Source: Bugula neritina
Taxonomy: Eukaryota > Animalia > Bryozoa
Length of the DNA stretch: 64,000 nucleotides
Direction: 5' to 3'
Assembly: GCA_964035545.1 (NCBI GenBank)
Contig: OZ037767.1
Span: 7,450,581 to 7,514,580, forward strand
The translations under genes were made by a program, and so were the position numbers. The notes under the pieces were generated by a model, which made no database searches, was not told the DNA's origin, and was given only the letters and a program-made list of their open reading frames with translations. Below, piece after piece: positions 24,002 through 35,800 of this stretch. Numbering within the stretch: the stretch's first letter is position 1; each line of letters begins with the position of its first letter.

Positions 24002-27000
24002 ATGAGTGGTAACTTCTATGAACAGAATAGGAGAAACCCAGGTAGAGGTTCGTTGAGTTATTCTCGTGGTGGTCAGCAACAGGCACGTGCCAGACCGGGT
24101 AGAGGTCGCTCTTCATCTCTATCACCTAGAAATCAGCAGCATAATGCAGCAGGTGGTCACAAGTGGTCCACTCCTTCCTGGACACCAATGCCGCCAACAG
24201 GGGCAACTGATTCAACAGTTGACTTGGTTTTTGACACACTTTATGCAATTGAGGAGTTGTGGGCACAAAGAAATAATCAAGGGGCCGTCTTGAAATTTAA
24301 AAATTATATTTCACATTCACAAACTCCTTATACTTGCTTCCTAACGATGCTTAGTAATTGCTCCGACTTGCAAGAGATGAAGACTATGACACTCTCGTTC
24401 ACACTTGCAAGAGAATTCAATCAGTGGGTCAAGTTACACCCGCCCACTAATGAACAACTTACTGAAGAACTGCAGCTAAAAGCATTTGAGTTGGCAACAT
24501 TAAGAGCAAAGTTGGTCACTGCTCAATTCTTGGAAGTTATTATCAGTTCATTCAATCTGAAAGATGTTCGCTATCTTGCTCATCCGTTCTGTCACAAACT
24601 TCTAATTGATAATAAGTTAAAGGTTTGTTGTGATATTTCAATTTCATTTATAGTTCTTTGTAAGTTTTTCTTTGTTATTGTCTTGTAAAATGTGTTGATG
24701 TAAATCTGTTGAAATTACTACCTAATTTTGATTTGACTATTTCAGTTGAGATAATTGTGCCTCATTTCCATATTTAAATAGTAGCAAGTAGCCAATTTGT
24801 ATTTTTATTGCTAATAATGCAGTACTACAGTGACTGCTGAATGCTAGTAATACAGAACTTACACTTGAACAATGTAAAAAGCTTTTTTAAAAGTCAGAGC
24901 CCTCTCCCTTCCCCGGTTTAACATTGAGGTCACTGGAAATATGAATAAACCTTTATTGTTGCATGTTTATAGTGGTTAAGCCGAGTTGTCAGATGCAGAG
25001 CTTGCAAGTTACTTAAAACTTCCCAGGCTGGTATTCTTGCAGAGATTGTTATTTCAAACATATGCAAGTTTTAAAATAGGATTTTCTTCTAGGAAGCTGC
25101 GGTGGTAATCAACTCTCTGTGCCTTCATTCCGAGTACGACTTGCTAAACCTGATGATTATTCCACTCATGCTGCAAGACAAGCTGAACGTAGTAGAGAAC
25201 CTCGTAAGGGACAGTCATGAAGAACAGGTGAAACTGGTTCAGTTCTTTGACAAGATCTCTGACCGCAAGTTTGACTTGACAACATTGTTACCATCAGATG
25301 GTCGAGTAAGTGCTTTAGAAGTTACTTGGCAGAAATCCTTGTCATCTGATTGGTGTAATGGATTTTTGTCAAACTGAGACCCATGAAACTTGTGCAGCTT
25401 TTTCAAACTGCTCACTAATGCATTTTACTCATGAGTCTTCTTTAACTGTAGTCACTTTAATAAGTATCTCTTGTACTTTTTTAATATAAAGGAAAACTTT
25501 AAGATGAACATTGATACAAGTATGCTAGCTTGGTAATTCATCAACACCGTTTCTTGTTAACACAGATTTGGTTCCTTGTCAGAATCTAGCAATCAGTCCA
25601 TTCTGATTAACATCTGTAAATGTGCTAAATTTTGCCATGAGGAAACATTTATATTTGTTTAGGTAGTAATAAATATACGATTAAACCATCGCACCATGAT
25701 GAAACATGGCACTAGGCTGATGAAAAAATATGGAGTTCCTGCAGATAAATGTCCAAATCTGTCTAGATCTCAAGGGTTCGCCTTTGCCAGGTATTTCTCA
25801 GTGTAAATATTTGCTAGTCAACATTGTTACGTCAATAAATAAGATGGCTGTCTTGTTATACAATATAAATACTTCACTGTTTTCTTAAAGCAAGTTCTAT
25901 TCATAGTATGTTTGTTGTGTATGTAACAGGCATCTGCTGTACAGATTCTACCAAGAACGATCTCTGGCATACGACAACTGGAAGGAGTTGACCAGAGGTG
26001 CCATTCTTGATGCACCAGATTCTCAAATTGACTTTGTTAATCTTCTAGCATCATACGACGTTGAGGTGAGGCAGTCTATTGCTGTTTCCTCTATAAATTT
26101 TTAGCAATATTTATATCATAAGTATACTTATGTATTTATAGCATATTGTATATGGTGTGTTCATATTAAGCAATTTCATATATATATGGGAACTTTCTGT
26201 TGAATTTTTTTTTTCTAGTTTACCTGAGTCTGTCAAACATAGGTCACATAATTGCATGCGTGTTTGGATTTGTTTTCTCTTTTTATAAAAATGATAAATA
26301 ATGGATGTGTTTTATCAGGAAGCTCATAAGTGGTATGTAGACTTGAGTCTCCCAGAGAGCGAGTTGGCATCTGATATAGTCAATTACACCCATGTAGCTG
26401 ATAATCCTGCACCGATATGGCAGGAAGAAGATTGGGGAGTTGACGTTGCCCCCACATCTTACTACCAGCTGAAACTATCTCTAGATAATGTACACATGGT
26501 AGACACTGAATCAGGTTTCATGGCAGCAGTTACCAACCTTATGAAAGTGAGTTGATTGTTTGATTATGCTTTCTTAAACATTCTATTGAAGATGTGTGAG
26601 GTGTCAGATAATGTAAAGATGTGTATGAGGTGTCAGCTAATATACGGCTGTGTTTATAAAGTGTCAGCTAATGCAAGGTGTCTGTGAGGTGTCAGCTGGT
26701 GGAAGATAGAAAGTATAAGTATGAGATATAAGCCAATATACAGCTAGGTATCACATGGAATTGTTATTGAATGAAAAGGCTTATAATATTAAAATATCCA
26801 CAATTCTATAAACAAACTCACTCGCACGTAATCAATGTCTGTAATACCTGAATATTACTCTGGAAATATAAAGCCATCAACCTTTTGTCACTATTGCCTT
26901 TTACTTGTATACTCTCTCACTTATATATACTCTTCTACTTATATATACTCTTTTACTTATATACTCTTTTACTTATATACCCTTTTACTTATATATACCC

Positions 27001-30000
27001 TTTTACTTATATATACTCTTTTACTTATATACTCTTATACTATATACTCTTTTACTTATACACTCTTTTACTTGTATATACTCTTTTACTTATATATACT
27101 CTTTTACTTGTATATACTCTTTTACTTATATACTCTTTTACTTATAGACTCTTACTTATATACTCTTATACTATATACTCTTATACTATATACTCTTTTA
27201 CTTATATATTATATAATCTGTTCAACAGGCAGAACCGGCATGCATAGGAGTGGATGCTGAGTGGAAGCCATGTTTCTCAGCCGGAGCCAAGTCCCGTGTT
27301 GCACTCCTTCAGATGTCTACCTGGACAGAGGCATACCTAATTGATATCATCTCTCTGCAGAAAATCCATCATCTGGACTGGTCACCCCTTGTGGATGGTA
27401 TATTCATGAACAAAGACATTCTGAAACTGGGTACAGTTTATGTTCTTTTAATATATAGTAGTATAGAAATATCTGTGTGATGGTTTATTTGTGTCTTATT
27501 GAGTTGTACTACAAGACCTGTGACTGCTGTACCAGGTGCCTTCGCCTTGTATTATCATGAAATACAGTCTCCACCTTTTAGGTTAGTATGATGTTGGTAT
27601 TTTTACGCATAAAGAAGCATATATCTTTACTTCATTCCCGTCTTCTATGTTTAGTGAAAACCAATATGGTTTTTCTTGTATTAGTCATTAGAGAATTTTA
27701 TGCAGTCAGTTTTTAAGTCTGTGTGTTTGGAAAAGTTTGCTATTTAAGCACTCTGTTGCTAAGATAGTTTGTTGCTTGACACCGTTGTATTAGTGGGCGG
27801 TTTCAATATATTATGTGTATATATTTATCTGATAATTTATTCATTGCATAATTTAGTTGTTTTTTGCTCCTCGCCAGTTTTTAAATCATTAAAAATCTTG
27901 AGACTGATTTTAGCCTGCATATATTATGCGTACTGTAACGATAATAATATATTCTACAATGTGGGAAAAAAATGCCCACCAACAGAAGCGTTTAGTATTG
28001 TTTAACCTTGCATAACTTAACCCTTTGTATAATATAGATGTTACCTTTTTGATGCGCATATAGTTTTGTGTCAGTTAAACTCAAGCTTTCTAATAATATA
28101 AAAAGGTGCTGTGTGGGTTGAAGGTGTTGAGATTATACATTTTACCGGAGATAATAATTTAATGAATATTTGTAGGTTATGGATTTTCAGGAGATCTACG
28201 TCTGCTGAGAGAAGCCATTCCTATCTGGGGAAGTAGAAACATAAGCAACCTAATAGATTTAAGTAGCGTACAGAGTTCTGTCTGTCAAGCCAAGGAAATT
28301 GTCTACAACACAGTAGAAAAAGGTTGGCTTCAAGTAAAACAGTTATTGGTTTAAAAAGCGCTACACCACACATATAATGCACTAGACTTTGCTCAATGCG
28401 AATTTTGTTTATCACTGTGATGCATAGACTGGTTTGTTTTTAATGTAATTGCTTATGAGTATGCTTAACAGAATTAATATTGAATGCATGTTTTATAGAA
28501 GCCACTGCTATTTGCCTATTGTTCATGTGAAGTACTGTCTCTTTTCCTCCCTCCTCCCCTTCCCCCTCTCTTTCACTTTCTCTCTCCCTGTCCCTCTCCC
28601 TCCCCTCCCCCTCCCCCTCTCCTCCCCCTCTCCCTCTCCCTCTCTCTCCCTCCCTCCCTACTTACCTCCCTCTCCCCCTTCCCTCATTCCCTCCCATTTC
28701 TTCCCTCTCTCTCTCCCTACTCTTTTCTCTCTTACTCTCCACAGTAGATATTACTGTTGTACTCTTACATACAGGACTGAGTGAGGCTGTCCGGTTATTC
28801 CTGGGTGGTCTCCCACTTGACAAGTCAGAGCAGATGTCCGACTGGGAGCGAAGACCTTTGAGACAAAGTCAGATGGTGTACGCAGCACTAGATGCCTTTT
28901 GTTTGCTGGAGCTGTGGAAAGTTCTGGAACAATTAGCCAATGAACTGAGTCTGTATGTCTGTGCTGAGACCTACAAAAAAGTCGGTTCATCAAAGAAAGG
29001 GTAAACTTTTAAGTTTTGCTGTACTAAACATTTAATATTTCTATAGATTTACGAATTGATAGTTACTTTGTTATGGCAAGTTGATTGTTGCACATAATGC
29101 TACTTGAGACTTGGTAGTGGTGATTGATAACTCTTTCTAGAAGAACTATGCTAAGCTTCATCTTTGTACAATAATACCCATGATGGTGATACTAGTTCAC
29201 AGTATTTCTGTAATGTTAGCTCATGCGAAGAGCTATTCACTTTTCAACATGTACTAGTTGTGTAGACTACATAGACAGACTAGCGTTGCATTAGCTTTGG
29301 GGTATAAGTACCTTTACAAAATGTCTTTTAGGAAAGCGAAGCCCAAGAAGAAGGCCGACAAGTTTAAAGCAGCAGCTCAATCTGCGGATGTGTTTGGTGA
29401 CAGGTCTCACTTACCTAGCACCCATACTACTCAGTCTATAAAGTTTGTAGTCAGCAACATGCTACAGGGTTTAGGGAAGCAGCTGCGACTGCTCGGTGTT
29501 GATGTTCACATCATTGATGACCAGCTGGGGGACGACCATGATGACGCTGCCAGAATCTCTCACACTGAGAATAGAATTATACTCACAGCTGGCAAAGTAA
29601 TTTCTTTTCTTAGCGGCATACTGCAGTTCTTTTATATAATTATGTAGGTTATATGTTTTCCCAAAATTCTGGGTGGGAAGTAATATGATTGTGAGGTGAA
29701 GTAATATGAATGTGTGGTGAAGTAATATGAATGTGTGGTGAAGTAATATGAATGTGAGGTGAAGTAATACGAGGGTGTGGTGGAACTATGTTGCCATGTT
29801 GTTTGAAATTATTAAACTTTATAAAGCCAACAATTCCAAAAGTTGCCTATTTTCAGAGCATGTAATATGATAAATATAGTAATCAAAATTCCTGTTTATA
29901 TATATCATGAATTTTGCTATGCTATTCTTGATACAGCAATAGTTATAAAGTTTCCATGTTGAATACTTGTTTTAGTTCACCTCTTGATTTATTTCAGCCA

Positions 30001-31287
30001 TTTGAAAGGCTGTCAGCCATAGCGCCTGCTGGTAAATGCTTTGCCATAGATACGGAGTTATCTGCTCGTCAACAAGCACTTGCTGTACTGAAGCATTTTG
30101 ACATTGTCATAACCAAAGAGAATATCTTTAGCAGGTGTCAGGTTAGTATACCAGTAAGCAGTTATGTTGTTAGTAGTGCTCAACAGTAGAGTAGCTGGTC
30201 AACAACCACATAGTTCTAGTTGATATCAGGGCCAAATACCATGCATTTAGGAGCAGTTGTGAAGAAGTTGAGATAGCCCAAGTTCTTTAAATTTCTTTTT
30301 GATTTTTGGTTCAGTGCGCGGGTTGAATTTTTTGCGAAAAAATAACTTTTTTTGCGACATTTCTAATTTAGAACACAGGCTTTTCTCAATTTCTCCATTA
30401 CTGCACCTACCTCAGACATGTTACACCTATCCTATGTCTTGCATAGCCTGAACTTGGTTGAATCGATGTTATCTCCTTACATAAATTTGTTGTCATTGCT
30501 TTTCTTTTGCTAGTGTTGAGTGTGTTTGTTGAATTTTTTTAGACTTGCAACAATGATGTCTACATCATAGTAGACCGGTTCATAATGGCTGATATGTGGA
30601 GAAGATATACCCCTAAACTTGCCCCATCACCTGATCATTTGGCTAATCTCCGCCCTTCCACTGGGTACAATCGGCTGGACATACAGCTTAGCAATGGAGT
30701 GTATCTGCAGGTATTATTACTGCTGCATATGTGTTATAGCTAATAAATGTTGTTGGTTTATTTGCTATACTTGGTGTCTCTCGGCTGTTACTGTAAGAAA
30801 CAGAGTTAGTAATTTAGCAGGCAAAACCATTGAATATGATATTTCGAGTAATAAAAATATTACGTCGGCTGACCCTATTCCCTTTGTCAACTATAGTACA
30901 TTCATGATATAAGAGAGAGAGATTTTCTAATCACTGATTTTTTTGGGCAGTTTAGTAATTATGTATTTTGTTTTAAATGCTGGCATAAGTCTTCAAAGGT
31001 GTATGCTGTTGGTTCACTTCAAAAAAGGAGTTTAATATTTCGTGTTTTTAAACACACTTTAGCTGGCTTATTTTGGTGATTTTCAAATCATGGATGTTAT
31101 GTTTATATCAGCTGTTGCTTCAACCTTATATTATTATTATCTTTAGCTTGACCCAGTCTCCGAGATGGTTTTATCTAAAGTCGATGCCTTTTTCTGCTGC
31201 GCTCTATGTGGCAAGGTATTCTGGGAAGGCTCTCACTTCGAGAGAGTTCATAAAAGTTTTGAAGATATTTTGACCTTGAAAGAGTAA
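24002..31287 (+). CDS. EXD3: Exonuclease mut-7 homolog (DEDDy 3'-5' exonuclease + Mut7-C domain), 872 aa
   Basis: 12 exons: 24002-24622, 25093-25305, 25663-25790, 25930-26065, 26319-26546, 27229-27430, 28176-28322, 28775-29000, 29332-29596, 29998-30141, 30543-30710 and 31147-31287. Exonuclease motifs: ExoI GVDAEWKP and LDKSEQMSDWERRPLRQSQMVYAALDA. Mut7-C motifs: MLQGLGKQLRLLGVD, FSRCQTCN and CALCGKVFWEGSH. Confidence 0.96.
26895..27206 (+). repeat. ~18-20-bp minisatellite (TATATACTCTTTTACTTA-like) just upstream of an EXD3 3' splice site
   Basis: Visible degenerate tandem array ending ~20 nt before the acceptor at 27228. Confidence 0.9.
28540..28740 (+). repeat. C/T-rich polypyrimidine low-complexity tract
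   Basis: About 200 bp of almost pure C/T upstream of the acceptor at 28774. Confidence 0.9.
29677..29781 (+). repeat. 21-bp minisatellite GAAGTAATATGAATGTGWGGT, ~5 copies
   Basis: Tandem copies seen directly in an EXD3 intron. Confidence 0.85.
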
Positions 31288-32559
31288 ATATATTCTAGTC
31301 ATTAATGTTTTTGTTTATTGTACCACATGTCTTTTTCAGTGATAAGAAACTTTGGTTGTTTATTTGCTAGTTTCTAGGGTGTACCACGCCAATAGAATTT
31401 GGCTCTTTGCTCAAAAGAGCCAGTTATTTTATTAATATGTTGTTTTCTGTAAAGTTTTCTAATGTAACTGGGTCACATTAACAAAGCTATAAAAATACTG
31501 CATTGATTACATGCTTTGCACAAATTTTTAGTAGTACCGCTAAGTATATTTTATTACGACATGTAAATAAGAATAAACATACATATGAGCTTCATAGTCT
31601 GCTAGAGGATATGCTCAGGTCTTTTTATGTTGGTAACAATTATGCTGATTTCTGGCTAATTTAGATGTATAATTATATTCAATAGTTTAGCTCTCATTGC
31701 TTAAGATTTTATATTTTTCTAAATATAAAATGTTATATTTTGAAGTAGCAATAAATATGGTTATTATTAATTTGTTGGACCAGTGTTTAGCTGTGAAGAA
31801 AATACTGTGCATTATTTTGCGCTGGTGGTTTACATCAATAGCTCTGCATTAATACATTATTCTAGCTATAAGGATACTTTTGCCATGTCAGTAAGATTTA
31901 GATTGCATTTTACCTACTAATGTATATATTATATAAGAGTAATGTGCTGTGAATGCGCTACAAATTATATATACTAAGAGTATAGGGGTTGGGGTTTTCT
32001 TTTATTAACAACTGTTGTGTAAGATTCAAGCACAGATCATTGTCTTGAGAGTTCAAGTTACTTTATTTCACTACTGCATGAATACTCTTGTCTTGTCTTG
32101 AATTGTTGTACCATATAAAGTCATAAACCTTATAAAAAATATTTCACAGTAATGACTAATGCCATGGGTAAGTAAAAATGTAAAAGCAAAAAAGTAACCG
32201 AAAATAGCCACAAAAGCTTAAAATTTACACTTGAAATTGGTGACTGAATCATTTTAGAGATGAGATAATAATCTTTTTCTTTTAATAACGCTTTATATTG
32301 ATTGCACCTGATGAAGCACATTTAGAAGCTATTTATATTATATGTAAAATATTGTCTAATTTGTGGCATCCCGGGTATTTTTATAAATCGTTAAAATGGT
32401 AGATACTAAACATGCTTAAAAAGCTAACAAATGAGTAGCTACTTCATAATTCTAATTGTAAAATTTGTCAATCAAAAAGATTGTCTCATGTTTCAAGTAG
32501 TTAAATATTTAAATTTTAATGTAGCAATGAAAGGTTAGCTACATAATAAAAGTTGCCTT

Positions 32560-32800
32560 TGGAGCAATGACGTAAATAATTGAGAGTTGCCTACTCTATA
32601 TACCTAGCACGTCCCTTAGTCATGAATTAATAATAATAATATTATATTGAATAAAGGTATCGGCTACTTGAATTATTTTATTGGATTTGCCTCTCAAGCT
32701 TTTTATTTCGCGCAGCGAGGCTAATTAACTAGAGTATGACGTTTGCAAGATGGCGAAGAAAGAAAAAAGTTTTGTTCTTTAAAGCTTAGTAGAAAAAACT
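32560..32800 (+). promoter_or_regulatory. Putative MTA promoter
   Basis: CRE-like TGACGT at ~32569 and ~32737, YY1-type CAAGATGGCG at ~32746, and a CpG cluster at ~32708-32720. Confidence 0.5.
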
Positions 32801-32895
32801 AGTATGATTAGCAATCCCCTCAGTTGACACTAACATTGATTCTTACATCAGAACTTTGAAATTTTTCAGATTTCATCTTAGTCTAAAGATCAAAT

Positions 32896-35800
32896 ATGTC
32901 TGCCAATATGTATAGAGTAGGAGGTAAGGTTTACACATAGGTCACACTCACTCAGTCTCACACTGACACTGTGTTTTATTCAATTATTATTATTATTATA
33001 TTCAATGTTAATTTGTAATTGTTATACTTATTAGAGGAAAAGAATAAAGATTAAAATTAATTGTAGTTATTTAAATAATCTCAGTCATGAATGTTAAAAT
33101 TAGTATAACTATAAGTATAAGTGTAGCTGAACATTTTTATAACTATAAAAATTACTTAGCCCTGCTCTTAATTTTTTAATTAGTTTTACTTCTTAATTTT
33201 TTTATTAATGAGAGAAAAATCTAAAGATTAATTCATTGAATTTGAGATATAAATGATTAAGTGATGCTGCTTGTTTGCCAAGTCGAGCGTTCAGAACACA
33301 AAATTCACTCTTATTTTGATTTTATAGTTTGATGCTTTTTTTACTGAAATAGTAATCTACATCTATTCATTTTTAGTATTATAAATTTTTTTATATGAAC
33401 ATGATAAAATCAAACTGATATTATATTTATAATTTATTTTTATATAATCTTTGTACAACTACAAACTTTAGCAACAAGTAGTTATCAAATTTAACACCAA
33501 TACCAACATAGTCATAGTGACTTACACCTAGAATATCAATATGAGTAGGAGTAAACAGACTGTTGCAAGTACTTGTTCAAGCTTATTCAGTAATTTACTA
33601 ATATTATTGTAGACCATGTATATTTTGAAACTTCATCATCTCAGCCATATCAAATAAGACGTATTGAAGAACTGAATAAGGTAAGTAGTTAGCCAGTTTG
33701 ACTTATAACTTATTGTTTCAGCAGTGTTCCTAAAAAAAATTATGCTACAATTTAGAGAAGTTATAATTGAAACAATAATAAAGTTGTATGTATATTTTGT
33801 TTAGACACAGAATGGGAATGTAGAAGCTAAAGTCATGTGTTACTTTAGACGCAGAGACCTGCCTCCTACTTTGACTCAGTTAGCTGATAAACACCAGAGT
33901 GAGTTTTTCATTGCTCTATATATAGTCTTTCTTATATAAGCTTATATATGCATGGGACATTCCTACTAGTTAAACTAGCTATGCTTCTATTTAATAGAAA
34001 TATTTTCTTATCAGTTACACAATTATTCTCTCGAAACTGATGTCATACCTCTGTTTTTATAATGCAAATTTTTCCAACTTACTGTGCTGGGTCTAGGGAA
34101 GAGCTGTTACTTTATTAGGCAATTTTAATCACAGAACTTACATTGAAATTCACTAACAAAAAGTATGTTTGATGAAATGTGAGACATTACAAAGCCCTTT
34201 TAAGAAACAACTTATAAAGCCGCATGATGTTATGTTCTGGTACTCTGTTGTCTGTTATTAACCTGTTATGTGACTGTCTGTGCAGTGAGTCTGGAAGAGG
34301 AGCAGCAGGTCAACAGTGAGGGGTTCGAAGAGCTCAGTGACTATGAGAGACATCTTCAGAAACACAGAGAACTTTTTCTCTCCCGGCAGGTGGAAACTGT
34401 TCCAGCTACTCATATCAGAGGCAAATGCAGCGTCACTCTTCTCAATGAGACGGAAAGTGCCAAGTCCTACTTGTCGAGAGAGGTATGTATACGTCTCCGC
34501 TCTGTTACTTCTCTAATGTTGGCAAACACTACAGCTATGGCATGCCCTCATAAGTTACTATTACCTTAGTTTAGTTGCTAAATGCTATGAATCATGAGGA
34601 AGTTTTGGTTGTACTATAATATACTGGTTGAATTGTGGTGTTTGCTAACGATTATTGTTACGCCTTTTATTAGGTCAAGGTTACTTTAAGTTTAATAAAG
34701 TGATCTGCCATATTAACTACTACTTTCAACAAATTTGAATCTATTGCATCCACACCCACCATATTACAGTTTCACTTAGAACACTGTATTAACCACCACC
34801 CAGACTGCGTATTAGGTGTTGTTGAAAAGCATTAGTGATATTGAGAACGGGGCAGGTGCTTGTGAGAGTCCATAGTGTGTTATGATGTTGAATTTGGGTT
34901 TGCATACAGTATAAATTGCGTTCAAGTTTTTTTGTTTCATGTTAATATTTGTTTTATGCTGTTATTATTACTAGCAGGATATAGCTGTTGAGTTTGTGTT
35001 TAGGATAGCTTCTACTACTCCCTGGTATACGACCCACAGCAGAAGACTCTTCTGGCAGACAAAGGGGAGATCAGAGTTGGCAGCTCATTTCAGTGCCACC
35101 TTATCCCCCTATCTACTGAAGGTAACTCTATTGCTTCATGTTGTATGAAGTTCAACTTACTGAAACTAATCGATCAGAAGACATGACTAAATCCATAACA
35201 TTTAAGGATAACTCCTAATTGATTGTTGTAGGAGAGAATGATGACAGGGAGTTGGCTGATTTAGAGGAACTGGTGTATAAGCCCGATCATGATCTTGATG
35301 ATAGTCAGCTCGATCAGCTGTTTATTCTCGCCAGATCTGTTGGCACGTTTGGAAGAGCTCTCGACTGCTCTAGTACAGTACGTCAGCCGAGTCTCCACAT
35401 GAGTGCTGCCGCTGCCAGCCGAGACATTACTCTGGTGAGTCACAATGTCGTCATATAATCATATGCCTTCAATATTGCTAGCTATAATCATATGCTTGCT
35501 AGATTACTAGCTATTGGGTTTTCTAGGTTTAATTAGGTCTACCACAGTCATATATTTTTATAACTGTATCATCAACTCAAAGTCATATACATTTTATTGT
35601 ACGTTGTGAAACATTCAAAGCCACTACATTATTAGTACATATCTTACTAGTTAGGTATTATTTGAAGCAGACTCACCTGATTTTATGAACCTATTTTTAT
35701 CAAGATAAAATGTTGGTAAATCCCTCTCTTTTGAAAGTTTTCTGCTGCCTAGGATTTTGTTGTATATCAAAACAAGATATTTATGAATTTATTTTGCATA

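Noticed and set aside
26835-27260. Three overlapping Tyr/Leu/Ile-rich ORFs resembling membrane proteins
   Set aside because: They are translations of the intronic minisatellite.
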